DNA of 64,000 bases. Source: Alphaproteobacteria bacterium. GTDB taxonomy: Bacteria; Pseudomonadota; Alphaproteobacteria; Bin95. The notes beneath the pieces were generated by a model that ran no database searches, was not told the DNA's origin, and saw nothing but the letters and a program-made list of their open reading frames with translations. Positions 1-8,599 of this stretch are shown here, piece after piece. The stretch is taken from NCBI GenBank assembly GCA_026710105.1, contig JAPORR010000152.1, forward strand, positions 1,196 to 65,195, read 5' to 3'. The position numbers and the translations under genes were made by a program. How positions within the stretch are numbered: position 1 is the first letter of the stretch; the number at the start of each line of letters is the position of its first letter.

Positions 1-791
1 GCGTCAAAGGCGTCGCGGCGATGGAGTACGCCCAGATTGTTCCAGACCAGCAGGTCGCCTGGCTGCCAGCGGTGACGCCAGACGAAGCGCGGGTCCGAGG
101 CATGGGCCCAGAGCCGGTCGAGCAGTGCGTCGCTCTCTCCCACGTCCAGCCCGACGATCCAGGCATGAGGGCGCCGGCCGAGGAAGAGCGCCCTAGCACC
201 CGTCGCCGGGTCGGTGCGCACCAGCGGCTGGCGTGCGCCCGGCGTCTTGCGCACATCCAAGGTTTTGCGGTGGCCCCGCCGCAGCATACCGGCACTGTTA
301 TGTGCGCTGTCATGGACGCAGTACAGCCCCTCGATACGGCGCCTGAGCGCGATGGGGAGCGCCTGCCAGGCCACAAACTGATTCGCAAAATATGTGTCCC
401 CCTGACCTTCCGGCACCTCCAGCGCATGAAGCAGCGCCGCCTTCGGAGGCTTTTCCATATAGGTCATGTCCGCATGCCAGACGGCTTCGCCAGCGCCCAG
501 ATTGCCGATGGGGCGCCCGTCCTCAACCACATTGGAGATGACATTGATCTCCGGGAACGCCGACAGGAAAGGCCCGCCATAGGGGTTCGGCCCCGGTGGG
601 TCGAGTTCGCCGAAGACGCGCGAAAAGCCCAGCAGCGCCGGATCATCCAATTTCTGATCGCGCGCCAGCAGCACGAGATGGTCATCCAATGCCCGACGCA
701 GGGCCTTGGCATCGGCCGCACCGACGGGACGCGAGGCATCAAGGCCACGCAGTTCCGCCCCAAGCGGCGCATCGAAAGCAACGATCTGCAA
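1..791 (-). CDS. TauD/TfdA-family Fe(II)/2-oxoglutarate dioxygenase (C-terminus runs off the window start)
   Basis: Absent from the ORF track because it has no stop in the window. My own minus-strand translation reads (L)QIVAFDAPLGAELRGLDASRPV...GAGEAVWHADMTYMEKPPKAALLHALEVPEGQGDTYFANQ...LVWNNLGVLHRRDAF. This carries a TauD-like HxD iron motif (WHAD) and a family-typical N-terminus. The TTG at 789-791 follows GGAGG about 10 nt upstream. The listed + ORF 21..845 is its antisense shadow. Confidence 0.75.
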   Translation of the reverse strand, partial: MQIVAFDAPLGAELRGLDASRPVGAADAKALRRALDDHLVLLARDQKLDDPALLGFSRVFGELDPPGPNPYGGPFLSAFPEINVISNVVEDGRPIGNLGAGEAVWHADMTYMEKPPKAALLHALEVPEGQGDTYFANQFVAWQALPIALRRRIEGLYCVHDSAHNSAGMLRRGHRKTLDVRKTPGARQPLVRTDPATGARALFLGRRPHAWIVGLDVGESDALLDRLWAHASDPRFVWRHRWQPGDLLVWNNLGVLHRRDAFD

Positions 792-959
792 GGGCTTGCA
801 CCCTCCCCGGTGCAGAAAAACTGTCGAGGGACGCCAGCTTGCTGAATTACCGGACAGGAGCAAGCCCTGGCCTTCACACGCGGCGGCGCACTTGCACACG
901 GCCACAGGATAGGCTTGGATGCGTGGGACCGTTCCGTCCCGATTCTGGAGCCCCTGTGG

Positions 960-3242
960 ATGAACGCCGAAACAAAAGAGTTCAAGTGGGTTGGTACTCG
1001 CCCCGTCCGTCCGGATGGAGTGCCGAAAGTCACTGGTCGCGCCCAGTACGGCGCTGATTACCGACTGTCTGGCGAGTTGATCGGCAAAGTATTGCGCAGC
1101 CCACATGCCCATGCGTATATCCGGGGCATCGACACCTCGAAGGCTGAGGCCCTGCCTGGTGTCAAGGCGGTCGTCACCGCCGCTGATTTCCCCGACCATG
1201 CGTTTGCCTACATCGGCCCGGAACGGGTTGCGCAGAATTTCTGGCATATCACCCGCAACATCATGGCGCGCGAGAAAGCGCTCTATGAAGGTCATGCCGT
1301 TGCGGCCGTCGCGGCGCCGAGCCCAGCCATCGCCGAGGAGGCGCTTGCCCTCATTGAGGTCGATTACGAAGTGCTGCCACATGTGATCGATGTTGATGAA
1401 GCGATGAAGCCAGATGCGCCTCTGCTCTTCGACGACATGGTGACCCGCGGCATCGAGCCCGTGCCCAACAAACCGTCCAACATCTCGAAGCGGCTCGAAT
1501 TCGCCATCGGTGACCTTGAGGCGGGCTTTGCAGCCGCCGACCATATCATCGAGAAGAGCTTCAAGACTGCGCCGGTTCACCAGGGCTATATCGAACCCCA
1601 CGCCTGCATGGCACGCTTCGACGCCGACGGACAGGGCGAAATCTGGTCGTCGAGCCAGGGCCATTTCGTCGTCCGCGCGATGACTGCAAAGCTGCTCGGC
1701 GTCAGCCCCGGCGACATCCGCGCGACGGCGCTGGAGATCGGCGGCGGCTTCGGCGGCAAGACCATCGTCTATCTGGAGCCGCTGGCCGCTGCGCTCTCAC
1801 GCAAATGCAGCCAGCCCGTGCGCATGCAGATGACGCGCGAAGAAGTCTTCAAGGCGACGGGCCCTACCTCCGGGGCCTCCATGACCGTCAGAATTGGCGC
1901 GACAAAGGACGGGAAGATCACCGCCGCTGACGCCACTTTCAACTTCCAGGCCGGCGCCTTCCCCGGCTCGCCGGTGATGAACGCCTGCATGTGCGCCTTC
2001 GCACCCTACGACATCGAGAATGCCCGCACCATCGGCTATGATGTGGTGTGCAACCGCCCGAAGGCGGCGGCCTACCGCGCGCCCGGCTCGCCGATCTCCG
2101 CTTTCGGGGTCGAAAGCGTGCTCGACATGTTGGCGAAGAAGATCGACATGGACCCGGTGGCATTCCGCCTGAAGAACGCCGCACGCCAAGGCACCCAGAT
2201 GGTCTATGGACCCAAGCTCAGCCATGACGGCTATGTCGAGACGCTGGAAGCGCTCATGGCTCATCCGGACTACAAGAAGCCCATCGGGCCGAATCAGGGC
2301 CGCGGCGTCGCCTCTGGCTTCTGGTTCAACGGCGGCGGCGAATCGAGTGCGACCGTGCATGTCAATGACGACGGCACGGTAATCGTCGGCAGTGGCAGCG
2401 TCGATGTCGGCGGTTCACGCGCCAGTATGGCGATAATGGCGGCAGAGGCTTTCGGCGTGGATTATGACAAGGTGCGCTGTGTCGTTCCCGATACAGCATC
2501 GGTCGGCTACACACATGTCACGGGCGGCAGTCGCGTCACCTTCGCGACTGGCATTGCTGTCCACCAGGCCTGCAACAGTGTGATCGACGACCTACGCCAG
2601 CGCGCCGCGATGATCTGGGATGTCGATGTCGAGGCCGTGGCATGGCGGGACGGTGCGGCCCATCCTGCCAGCGCCAATGTCGGCGATTTCGAGCCGCTCA
2701 CCATCGGTGAGCTTGCGGCCAAAAGGGCACTGACGGGCGGGCCCATCGGTGCGGCGGGCACAACCAATGCCGGTGCCCAGGCACCGGGCTTCTCGAGCCA
2801 ATTCTGCGATATAGAGGTCGATCCGGAGACCGGCCATGTCCAAGTGCTGCGTTTCATCGCTGCTCAGGATGTCGGCCGTGCCATCCATCCTTCCTATGTT
2901 GAAGGCCAGATTCAGGGTGGTGTCGTACAGGGCATCGGCTGGGCGCTCAACGAGGAATATATCTATAACGAGCAGGGTCGGCTGGAAAATCCTGGCTTCC
3001 TTGACTACCGGGTGCCAGTGGCCTCGGACCTGCCAATGATCGACGCGGTCCTGGTCGAGGTCCCCAATCCGAGCCACCCCTACGGCGTTAAGGGTGTGGG
3101 CGAGGTGAATATCTGCCCGCCCATGGCCGCGATCGCCAACGCCATCGATAGGGCGGTTGGCACGCGCCTATACGAACTGCCTATGTCGCCGCCGAGGCTG
3201 CTTGCCGCCCTCGACGCGAACGGGGCGGATGGCGGTGGCTAA
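960..3242 (+). CDS. xanthine dehydrogenase/aldehyde oxidase family protein, molybdopterin-binding large subunit
   Basis: ORF 915..3242. Contains KWVGTRPVRPDGVPKVTGRAQYGADY, GGGFGGK and AAYRAPGSP segments typical of XDH/CoxL-like Mo subunits. I moved the start to ATG 960, which has GGAG 9 nt upstream. Confidence 0.85.
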   Translation: MNAETKEFKWVGTRPVRPDGVPKVTGRAQYGADYRLSGELIGKVLRSPHAHAYIRGIDTSKAEALPGVKAVVTAADFPDHAFAYIGPERVAQNFWHITRNIMAREKALYEGHAVAAVAAPSPAIAEEALALIEVDYEVLPHVIDVDEAMKPDAPLLFDDMVTRGIEPVPNKPSNISKRLEFAIGDLEAGFAAADHIIEKSFKTAPVHQGYIEPHACMARFDADGQGEIWSSSQGHFVVRAMTAKLLGVSPGDIRATALEIGGGFGGKTIVYLEPLAAALSRKCSQPVRMQMTREEVFKATGPTSGASMTVRIGATKDGKITAADATFNFQAGAFPGSPVMNACMCAFAPYDIENARTIGYDVVCNRPKAAAYRAPGSPISAFGVESVLDMLAKKIDMDPVAFRLKNAARQGTQMVYGPKLSHDGYVETLEALMAHPDYKKPIGPNQGRGVASGFWFNGGGESSATVHVNDDGTVIVGSGSVDVGGSRASMAIMAAEAFGVDYDKVRCVVPDTASVGYTHVTGGSRVTFATGIAVHQACNSVIDDLRQRAAMIWDVDVEAVAWRDGAAHPASANVGDFEPLTIGELAAKRALTGGPIGAAGTTNAGAQAPGFSSQFCDIEVDPETGHVQVLRFIAAQDVGRAIHPSYVEGQIQGGVVQGIGWALNEEYIYNEQGRLENPGFLDYRVPVASDLPMIDAVLVEVPNPSHPYGVKGVGEVNICPPMAAIANAIDRAVGTRLYELPMSPPRLLAALDANGADGGG

Positions 3243-3260
3243 AGCCGGAGATGTTGTCGC

Positions 3261-3518
3261 ATGGCTCCGACTGTCCAGGTGCGGTTCACTGAAGGATTCG
3301 CGCGCGCCTTCACCGGAGGCGTGCGTGAATTCGAGGTCGAGGCGCGTCTGCTGCGCGATGTCATCCGCGCGATGAATGAGCGGTTCCCGGGCCTCGGCGA
3401 ACGGCTGGTTGAAGAGACAACAGTCGCCATAGACGGCATGATGCACGAAACAGCCTATTTCCAGCCCGTGCCGCCGGGCGGCGAGGTGTTTTTCATTCCC
3501 AAACTGGAAGGCGGCTGA
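3261..3518 (+). CDS. MoaD/ThiS-family small sulfur-carrier / ubiquitin-like protein
   Basis: 85 aa ending in LEGG (diglycine C-terminus), with the size and pattern of beta-grasp MoaD/ThiS proteins. ATG 3261 has GGAG 10 nt upstream and lies 18 nt after the Mo-subunit stop. Confidence 0.7.
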   Translation: MAPTVQVRFTEGFARAFTGGVREFEVEARLLRDVIRAMNERFPGLGERLVEETTVAIDGMMHETAYFQPVPPGGEVFFIPKLEGG

Positions 3519-3580
3519 CCTCAGGCAGGGAGCGCGCCGCTACCGCCACCTTCTGGGACAGAGAATCAGAGAGGCGAACA

Positions 3581-4876
3581 GTGGCCCTGGACAAACGCGG
3601 CCTGGAACTGACTGCGGCCAGCGACGAAGCGGCGGCCGCCCTGGATACGGCGCTGGACGATTTCCTCGCCTTCGGACGACAAGCTGGCCCGTTGCTGAAG
3701 GCTGCGTTTGACGCTGATGCCGAAATGCCGATGGCTCATGTTCTCCAGGGCTGTTTCTTCCTGCTGATGGGCGTCGGTGCCCTTCGTCCGCGGGCCGCGC
3801 GATCGGGCGAGCAGGCAGACCGGTTTGCCGCGACGGCGCGCGAACGCGCTCATGTGGACGCCCTCTCGCGCTGGGCTGCTGGCGACACCGCCGGCGCTGT
3901 GCGCCGTTTCGAGGACATCCTGCTGGACCACCCGCGCGACATCCTCGCGATCCGCCTTGCGCATTACCTGCACTTCTATCACGGCGCGCTCGCCCAGCAC
4001 CGGGACAGTGTCGCGCGTGTCCTGCCGGCCTGGGACGAAACCGTGCCGGGCTACGGCTATGTGCTCGGTATGCGTGCCTTCGGGCTGGAGGAGGCTGGCG
4101 ACTATGCGCGCGCCGAAGCGTTCGGGCGCCGGGCTGTGGCGATCGACCCTTCGGATGCGTGGTCGGTCCACGCGGTCGCTCATGTCATGGAGATGCAGGG
4201 GCGCGCCTCCGAAGGTATTGCATGGGTCCGCGAGAACGAGGTGCATTGGGAAAACAGAGTCCATAATTTCCGCCACCATCTGTGGTGGCACCAGGCACTG
4301 TTCCATTTGGCACTGGACGAAGCTGATGCTGCGCTCAACCTCTATGATAACCGCTTCCGGGCCGATGAGGCTAGCGACGATGTGCTCGACATCGCCAATG
4401 CTGCCTCCATGCTGCTTCGGCTGCATTTCCGGGGCATTGATGCCGAGGGGCGCTGGGAGGAACTAGCTCACCATGCCGCCGCGCGCATCGCAGACGGCGT
4501 CTTTCCTTTCTTCGATGCGCATTACATGGCCGCCCTCGCTATGGCCGGCGATACGGATGGCGTGCGGACCCATCTCGACATCATGGCTGCACGCAGCGGA
4601 GAGACAACGGCCGACGCCGTCTATAACGATGTCGGCCGGCCGCTCTGCGGCGCCATCGCGGCGTTTGGTGCCGGCAAGCCGCGCCGCTGTTTCGAGCTTC
4701 TGGAGCCGATCCGCTATGACCTGGTCCGCCTCGGCGGCAGCCACGCTCAGCGCGACGTGTTCACGCAATTGCTGATCGCCGCCAGCAAAGAGGCCGGCCA
4801 CGAACGCGAACGGCGCGCACTATTGGCCGAGCGCGCCGCCCTCAAGCCAGGCGCTGTAGCGTTCTGGATGCATTGA
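3581..4876 (+). CDS. TPR-like protein, TTC38-family-like, function unknown
   Basis: 431-aa ORF with a GTG start after GAGAGG. It is helical-repeat rich, and the N-terminal segment LELTAASDEAAAALDTALDDFLAF...DADAEMPMAHVL resembles bacterial TTC38-type proteins. Confidence 0.6.
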   Translation: MALDKRGLELTAASDEAAAALDTALDDFLAFGRQAGPLLKAAFDADAEMPMAHVLQGCFFLLMGVGALRPRAARSGEQADRFAATARERAHVDALSRWAAGDTAGAVRRFEDILLDHPRDILAIRLAHYLHFYHGALAQHRDSVARVLPAWDETVPGYGYVLGMRAFGLEEAGDYARAEAFGRRAVAIDPSDAWSVHAVAHVMEMQGRASEGIAWVRENEVHWENRVHNFRHHLWWHQALFHLALDEADAALNLYDNRFRADEASDDVLDIANAASMLLRLHFRGIDAEGRWEELAHHAAARIADGVFPFFDAHYMAALAMAGDTDGVRTHLDIMAARSGETTADAVYNDVGRPLCGAIAAFGAGKPRRCFELLEPIRYDLVRLGGSHAQRDVFTQLLIAASKEAGHERERRALLAERAALKPGAVAFWMH

Positions 4877-5000
4877 ATCGAGGATCCTATCGAATGTACC
4901 GGACTAAGCCGTGGCCTCATAAGTTCGTAGCCAGATTCTGATGGGTGCGATCTTTATCATCGATAGAAGCACGAATTCGGATTACGCCGCGCCACTCACT

Positions 5001-5960
5001 TCAATCCAGGCTTTTCGCTCCGCAGTTGTTGCGGATCCAGGCTCCCAGCCATTCGGAGATGCCGGCCGAGTGCGCGTCCATCATGAACATGTGGGTGGCA
5101 CCCGGGAATCCGACATCGGGCAGTTCGACCAGTTCCGCCCGCCCGCCGGCAGCCTGCACCTGTTCGCCGAACGCTGCCGTCTCGCGCCTGGCGTCGGACC
5201 AGCGCGGCGACTGGTCGATGAAATCCCCGAACAAGAGCAGCCACGGGGCCCCGCTGACCGCTTCGGACGATATTCGTTCCTGCGCCGGCCAGCCTGAACC
5301 CTCGGCAGAGACCACGCCGCGCATGCAGTCGGGGGCCTCCAACGCGGCATGACTGCCGAGATAGCCCCCTTGACTGTGGCAGACCAGTACGCAGGGGCCG
5401 ATCCGCCTGAGCGCCGCGCCAACCCCTCGGATCTGCGCTTCGGACGTCGAAGTCCAGCGGGGCACGAACTGGCGCTGGAAGCTCTCCATCGCTTCAAGGG
5501 GAAACCGCTGGCCGTCAAACGGCTTACCCGCTGCAAAATCTTCCGGCCGGCCGAAGCGGAACAGCTCCCACGCCTCGGCCGCCGTCCGCATAACCGGCTC
5601 GCCGCCCCAGACCCCCTCCAGCGCGCAGAAGCCTGCCCGGCCGCGCTCGACATTATCGATCACATAGACGGCAAAGCCCTGGCGGAGGAAATCATGCAAC
5701 CAGCCGGGTCGGCCGTCCGGCGTGGTTTCCCAGCAGGCGCCGGTCAGACCTCCGCCATGAAGCAGTACAAGTGGATGGGGGAAGGTCTGCTCCGCGGGAA
5801 TGAAATACTGGACATAAACCTGCTCGATCAAGAAATCGCCGTTCGGGTCGTATTGCCAGGTGAGTTCCGGCGTGAAGTGGAGGAGGCGCGTCTCGCGCCC
5901 AGTGACCGTCACGGACCGGCCGCCAACATGAAAACTGCCGAAATCCTTCAATGCATACAT
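5001..5960 (-). CDS. alpha/beta hydrolase
   Basis: Part of ORF 5001..6332. The realistic start is MYALKDFGSFHVGG at ATG 5960, with AAGGGGG upstream. Contains LVLLHGGG and the nucleophile elbow CHSQGG. The 124-aa N-terminal extension in the track is Pro/Arg-rich junk. Confidence 0.7.
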   Translation of the reverse strand: MYALKDFGSFHVGGRSVTVTGRETRLLHFTPELTWQYDPNGDFLIEQVYVQYFIPAEQTFPHPLVLLHGGGLTGACWETTPDGRPGWLHDFLRQGFAVYVIDNVERGRAGFCALEGVWGGEPVMRTAAEAWELFRFGRPEDFAAGKPFDGQRFPLEAMESFQRQFVPRWTSTSEAQIRGVGAALRRIGPCVLVCHSQGGYLGSHAALEAPDCMRGVVSAEGSGWPAQERISSEAVSGAPWLLLFGDFIDQSPRWSDARRETAAFGEQVQAAGGRAELVELPDVGFPGATHMFMMDAHSAGISEWLGAWIRNNCGAKSLD

Positions 5961-6103
5961 GGGCGGCCCCCTTTCCTGAGCGTGGCCCCTCTCAAGCGGA
6001 GCCCCTCCCAAGCGTGGATTGTGAATCTCCCACCCCTGGCTTGCAAGCGGCGCACGACCTCGCAGGGGTCGCCGCAATGTTTCCTCTCTGGTCGTTCCCA
6101 ACG

Positions 6104-6135
6104 AATTGTGACAATTATGCGTCTCAAGGACGCAT
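6104..6135. promoter_or_regulatory. two abutting perfect palindromes in a divergent intergenic region
   Basis: AATTGTgACAATT at 6104-6116 is immediately followed by ATGCGTCtcaagGACGCAT at 6117-6135. They lie between the hydrolase start (5960, minus) and the Sel1 gene start (6214, plus). Confidence 0.35.
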
Positions 6136-6213
6136 TCGGGCGCGGCTGGGCTTGCGCCTGTCTGCAAGGTCGCGGATACCCGCCGCTTTGTTTGAACAGA
6201 CTGGGCGGCAACG

Positions 6214-6867
6214 TTGCGAACCCCCTTAATTATGCGGACATCAGCGAAGACAGGACGGAACGGCACGCACGGCACGCTTTGCGGATTGCTGGCGCTGCTC
6301 TGGCTCGCCGGTGCGCCGGCAGGCGCCGGCATGCCGGCGCCTGCCGTGACCTATGGCGACGCCATGCGCTGGTATGAACGCGCGGCCGAAGCCGGCGACC
6401 CGCAAGCACAGTTCTATCTCGGCTATATTCAAGATCGCGGCCTGCATGGAGCCAACAAACTCCAGGAGGCGATTAACTGGTATCGCAAGGCAGCGGCTCA
6501 GGGAGAGACTCGCGCGCAATTCCGGCTCGGGCTGCTGTTCGATGCCGACCCCCGCCTACCGCGCGCACCTACCAAGGCGCGGATCTGGTACGAAGCCGCG
6601 GCAGCGCAGGGTCATGCGGGAGCGCGATTCAATCTCGCGCGGCTCATCGAGGCTAATGACGCCGCCCGCGCCGCGGAGCTCTATGCGCTTGCCGCCAATG
6701 CCGGCATCGGGCGGGCGGCCTTCAACCTAGCACTGCTTCACATCAACGGGCCAGACGAGGTCCACAACCCAGCCGCAGCCTGGCGCTGGGCGCTCCGGGC
6801 GCAGGACCTGGGCGCATCAGGGGCGGACGATCTGCGCCGGCGGCTGTTCGCCGCCTTCAACGAGTAA
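6214..6867 (+). CDS. Sel1-repeat (TPR-like) exported protein
   Basis: Has the signal-like segment LCGLLALLWLAGAPAGAG, followed by repeated AxxWYxKAAxQGxxxAQFxLG units characteristic of Sel1 repeats. The start may be TTG 6214 or ATG 6232. Confidence 0.75.
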   Translation: MRTPLIMRTSAKTGRNGTHGTLCGLLALLWLAGAPAGAGMPAPAVTYGDAMRWYERAAEAGDPQAQFYLGYIQDRGLHGANKLQEAINWYRKAAAQGETRAQFRLGLLFDADPRLPRAPTKARIWYEAAAAQGHAGARFNLARLIEANDAARAAELYALAANAGIGRAAFNLALLHINGPDEVHNPAAAWRWALRAQDLGASGADDLRRRLFAAFNE

Positions 6868-7051
6868 GCCGGCGGGACGCGGCGAGTCGATGCGGCAACT
6901 CCGCCATGATGGCGGCGCGTTCTGCCTCCGCCATCCGCGCCCAACGTGCGATTTCTGACAGCCGGCGACCGCAGCCCTCGCAATGCTGTGTCTCCGTCGA
7001 GATGCGGCAGACCCTCACGCAAGGGCTGGCGATGGGGCGCGGTGCAGTCAT
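6857..7051 (-). CDS. DUF1289-family small Cys-motif protein
   Basis: The C-terminal 64 aa of ORF 6857..7291 read MTAPRPIASPCVRVCRISTETQHCEGCGRRLSEIARWARMAEAER. This matches the DUF1289 pattern SPCxxxC...CxGCxRxxxEIxxW. The 3' end overlaps the Sel1 gene by 11 nt in convergent orientation. Confidence 0.6.
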   Translation of the reverse strand: MTAPRPIASPCVRVCRISTETQHCEGCGRRLSEIARWARMAEAERAAIMAELPHRLAASRRLTR

Positions 7052-7187
7052 CACCTTGGAGGATAGGACGAAGGCGCAACAGGCCGCAATGCTGCCGCAG
7101 GCTACCCCGCATAGCATGGGTGCTTTGGCTTGGCGCTGTGCATGGGGTAAACCCTGTGGGCGCGGCGAGAAGGGGAGGGTACGGCTC

Positions 7188-7847
7188 ATGGGACGGACCA
7201 TCGCGATCATCGGCGGCACGGGCGCGCTCGGTACGGGCTTCGCACGGCGCTGGGCGAATGCCGGCCACAAGGTGGTGATCGGGTCGCGCACTCAGGAGCG
7301 GGCCGCTGCGGCCGCAGCGGAAGCGGGCCACGGCGTGGTCGGCCTCGTCAATTCCCAAGCCGCCGCCGCCGCTGATATCGTGGTGCTGACTGTGCCTTAC
7401 GCTCATCACAGGAGCACGATCGAGAGCATCGCAGACGGCGTCGAAGGTAAGATCCTGGTGGATGCGACCGTGCCGTTGATGCCACCCAAGGTCGGCACTG
7501 TGCAGCTGCCCGAGGCCGGGTCGGCGGCCGTCGAGGCGCAGGCCTGGCTCGGCGCACGTGCGACCGTGGTGTCGGCGTTCCAGAATGTAGCGGCAGCGCA
7601 TCTGCAAGCAGCCCATGAGATCGACTGTGATGTGCTGGTGGCGGGCGACAAGCTGGCCGCGCGCGAGACGGTGATCGGGCTAGCGCAGGACCTCGGTCTG
7701 CGCGGCTGGCATGCCGGACCGCTAGCCAACTCGGCCGCCGCCGAGGCGCTGACCTCGGTCATCATCCAGATCAACCGCCGCTACGGCATTGATGGCGCAG
7801 GTATACGAATTACCGGGACGCTGGCGGCGGCACCGGAGGACACATGA
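7188..7847 (+). CDS. npdG: NADPH-dependent F420 reductase
   Basis: The internal start MGRTIAIIGGTGALGTGFARRWANAGHKVVIGSR gives a Rossmann GxGxxG. The C-terminal half SAFQNVAAAHL...VLVAGD...GPLANSAAAEALT is typical of NpdG/Fno. ATG 7188 follows AGGGGAGGG. Confidence 0.8.
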   Translation: MGRTIAIIGGTGALGTGFARRWANAGHKVVIGSRTQERAAAAAAEAGHGVVGLVNSQAAAAADIVVLTVPYAHHRSTIESIADGVEGKILVDATVPLMPPKVGTVQLPEAGSAAVEAQAWLGARATVVSAFQNVAAAHLQAAHEIDCDVLVAGDKLAARETVIGLAQDLGLRGWHAGPLANSAAAEALTSVIIQINRRYGIDGAGIRITGTLAAAPEDT

Positions 7848-8599
7848 CCCGGCGCCTGGAACTGGTTGCGCTGCCCGGCCTGCCGATGGTCGAGCCAGGC
7901 GACGACCTCGCCGGGCTGATATCGGAAGGGCTGGAGCGAGCAGGAACCGGGCTCAAGGCCGGCGACATTCTCGTGGTCGCACAGAAGGTCGTTTCCAAAG
8001 CCGAGGGGCGTTACGCCTTTCCGGCCGGGACGACGCCTTCGTCTGCTGCGAAACGGCTCGCGGCGCTTACGCACAAAGACCCTGCTCATATTGAGATCCT
8101 GCTTGGGGAAACGGCGGAGGTCGTGCGCCACCGGCCGGGTGTGGTGGTGGTCGAGCACAGGCGCGGCTATGTGATGGCGAATGCCGGCATAGACCATTCC
8201 AACATCGAAGCCGGGCGCCTGCTGCTGCTGCCATGCGATCCAGACGCGTCCGCGAGGGCGCTGCGCACCGCGCTGGCGGACCGCTGGGGCGTGGCACCAG
8301 GCATTATCGTCTCTGACAGCTTCGGGCGTGCCTGGCGGGTTGGCACCTGCGGTGTCGCTATTGGTGTTGCTGGCCTGCCGGCAATCGACGACCGGCGCGG
8401 CGCGGCGGATCTGTTCGGCCAACCACTGGAAGTCACCATTGTTGGCCAGGCAGACGAGATCGCCGCCGCCGCGTCGATTCTTCAGGGACAGGCCAACGAG
8501 GCAACACCAGCGGTGCTGGTGCGCGGGCTCGACCTGCCAGAGGACGATCGTGGCGTGGAGCCATTGCTCCGCGATCGGGCCACGGACCTCTTCCGGTGA
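7844..8599 (+). CDS. cofE: coenzyme F420-0:L-glutamate ligase (stand-alone CofE type)
   Basis: 251 aa. Reads LELVALPGLPMVEPGDDLAGLI...GDILVVAQKVVSKAEGR...MANAGID.SN, typical of CofE. ATGA overlap with npdG. Confidence 0.85.
   Translation: MTRRLELVALPGLPMVEPGDDLAGLISEGLERAGTGLKAGDILVVAQKVVSKAEGRYAFPAGTTPSSAAKRLAALTHKDPAHIEILLGETAEVVRHRPGVVVVEHRRGYVMANAGIDHSNIEAGRLLLLPCDPDASARALRTALADRWGVAPGIIVSDSFGRAWRVGTCGVAIGVAGLPAIDDRRGAADLFGQPLEVTIVGQADEIAAAASILQGQANEATPAVLVRGLDLPEDDRGVEPLLRDRATDLFR

Noticed and set aside
21-845. 274-aa + strand ORF at the window start
   Set aside because: The opposite strand encodes a clear TauD-like dioxygenase (HxD motif and family N-terminus). The + ORF has no recognisable motifs.
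5961-6332. N-terminal 124-aa extension of ORF 5001..6332, and similar long extensions of 18459..19691, 19477..21456, 26133..27059, 61238..62899, 62311..63372 and 51888..53762
   Set aside because: The extensions are compositionally biased, overlap neighbouring genes or spacers, and precede internal ATG starts. Those internal starts have Shine-Dalgarno-like sequences and family-typical N-termini.
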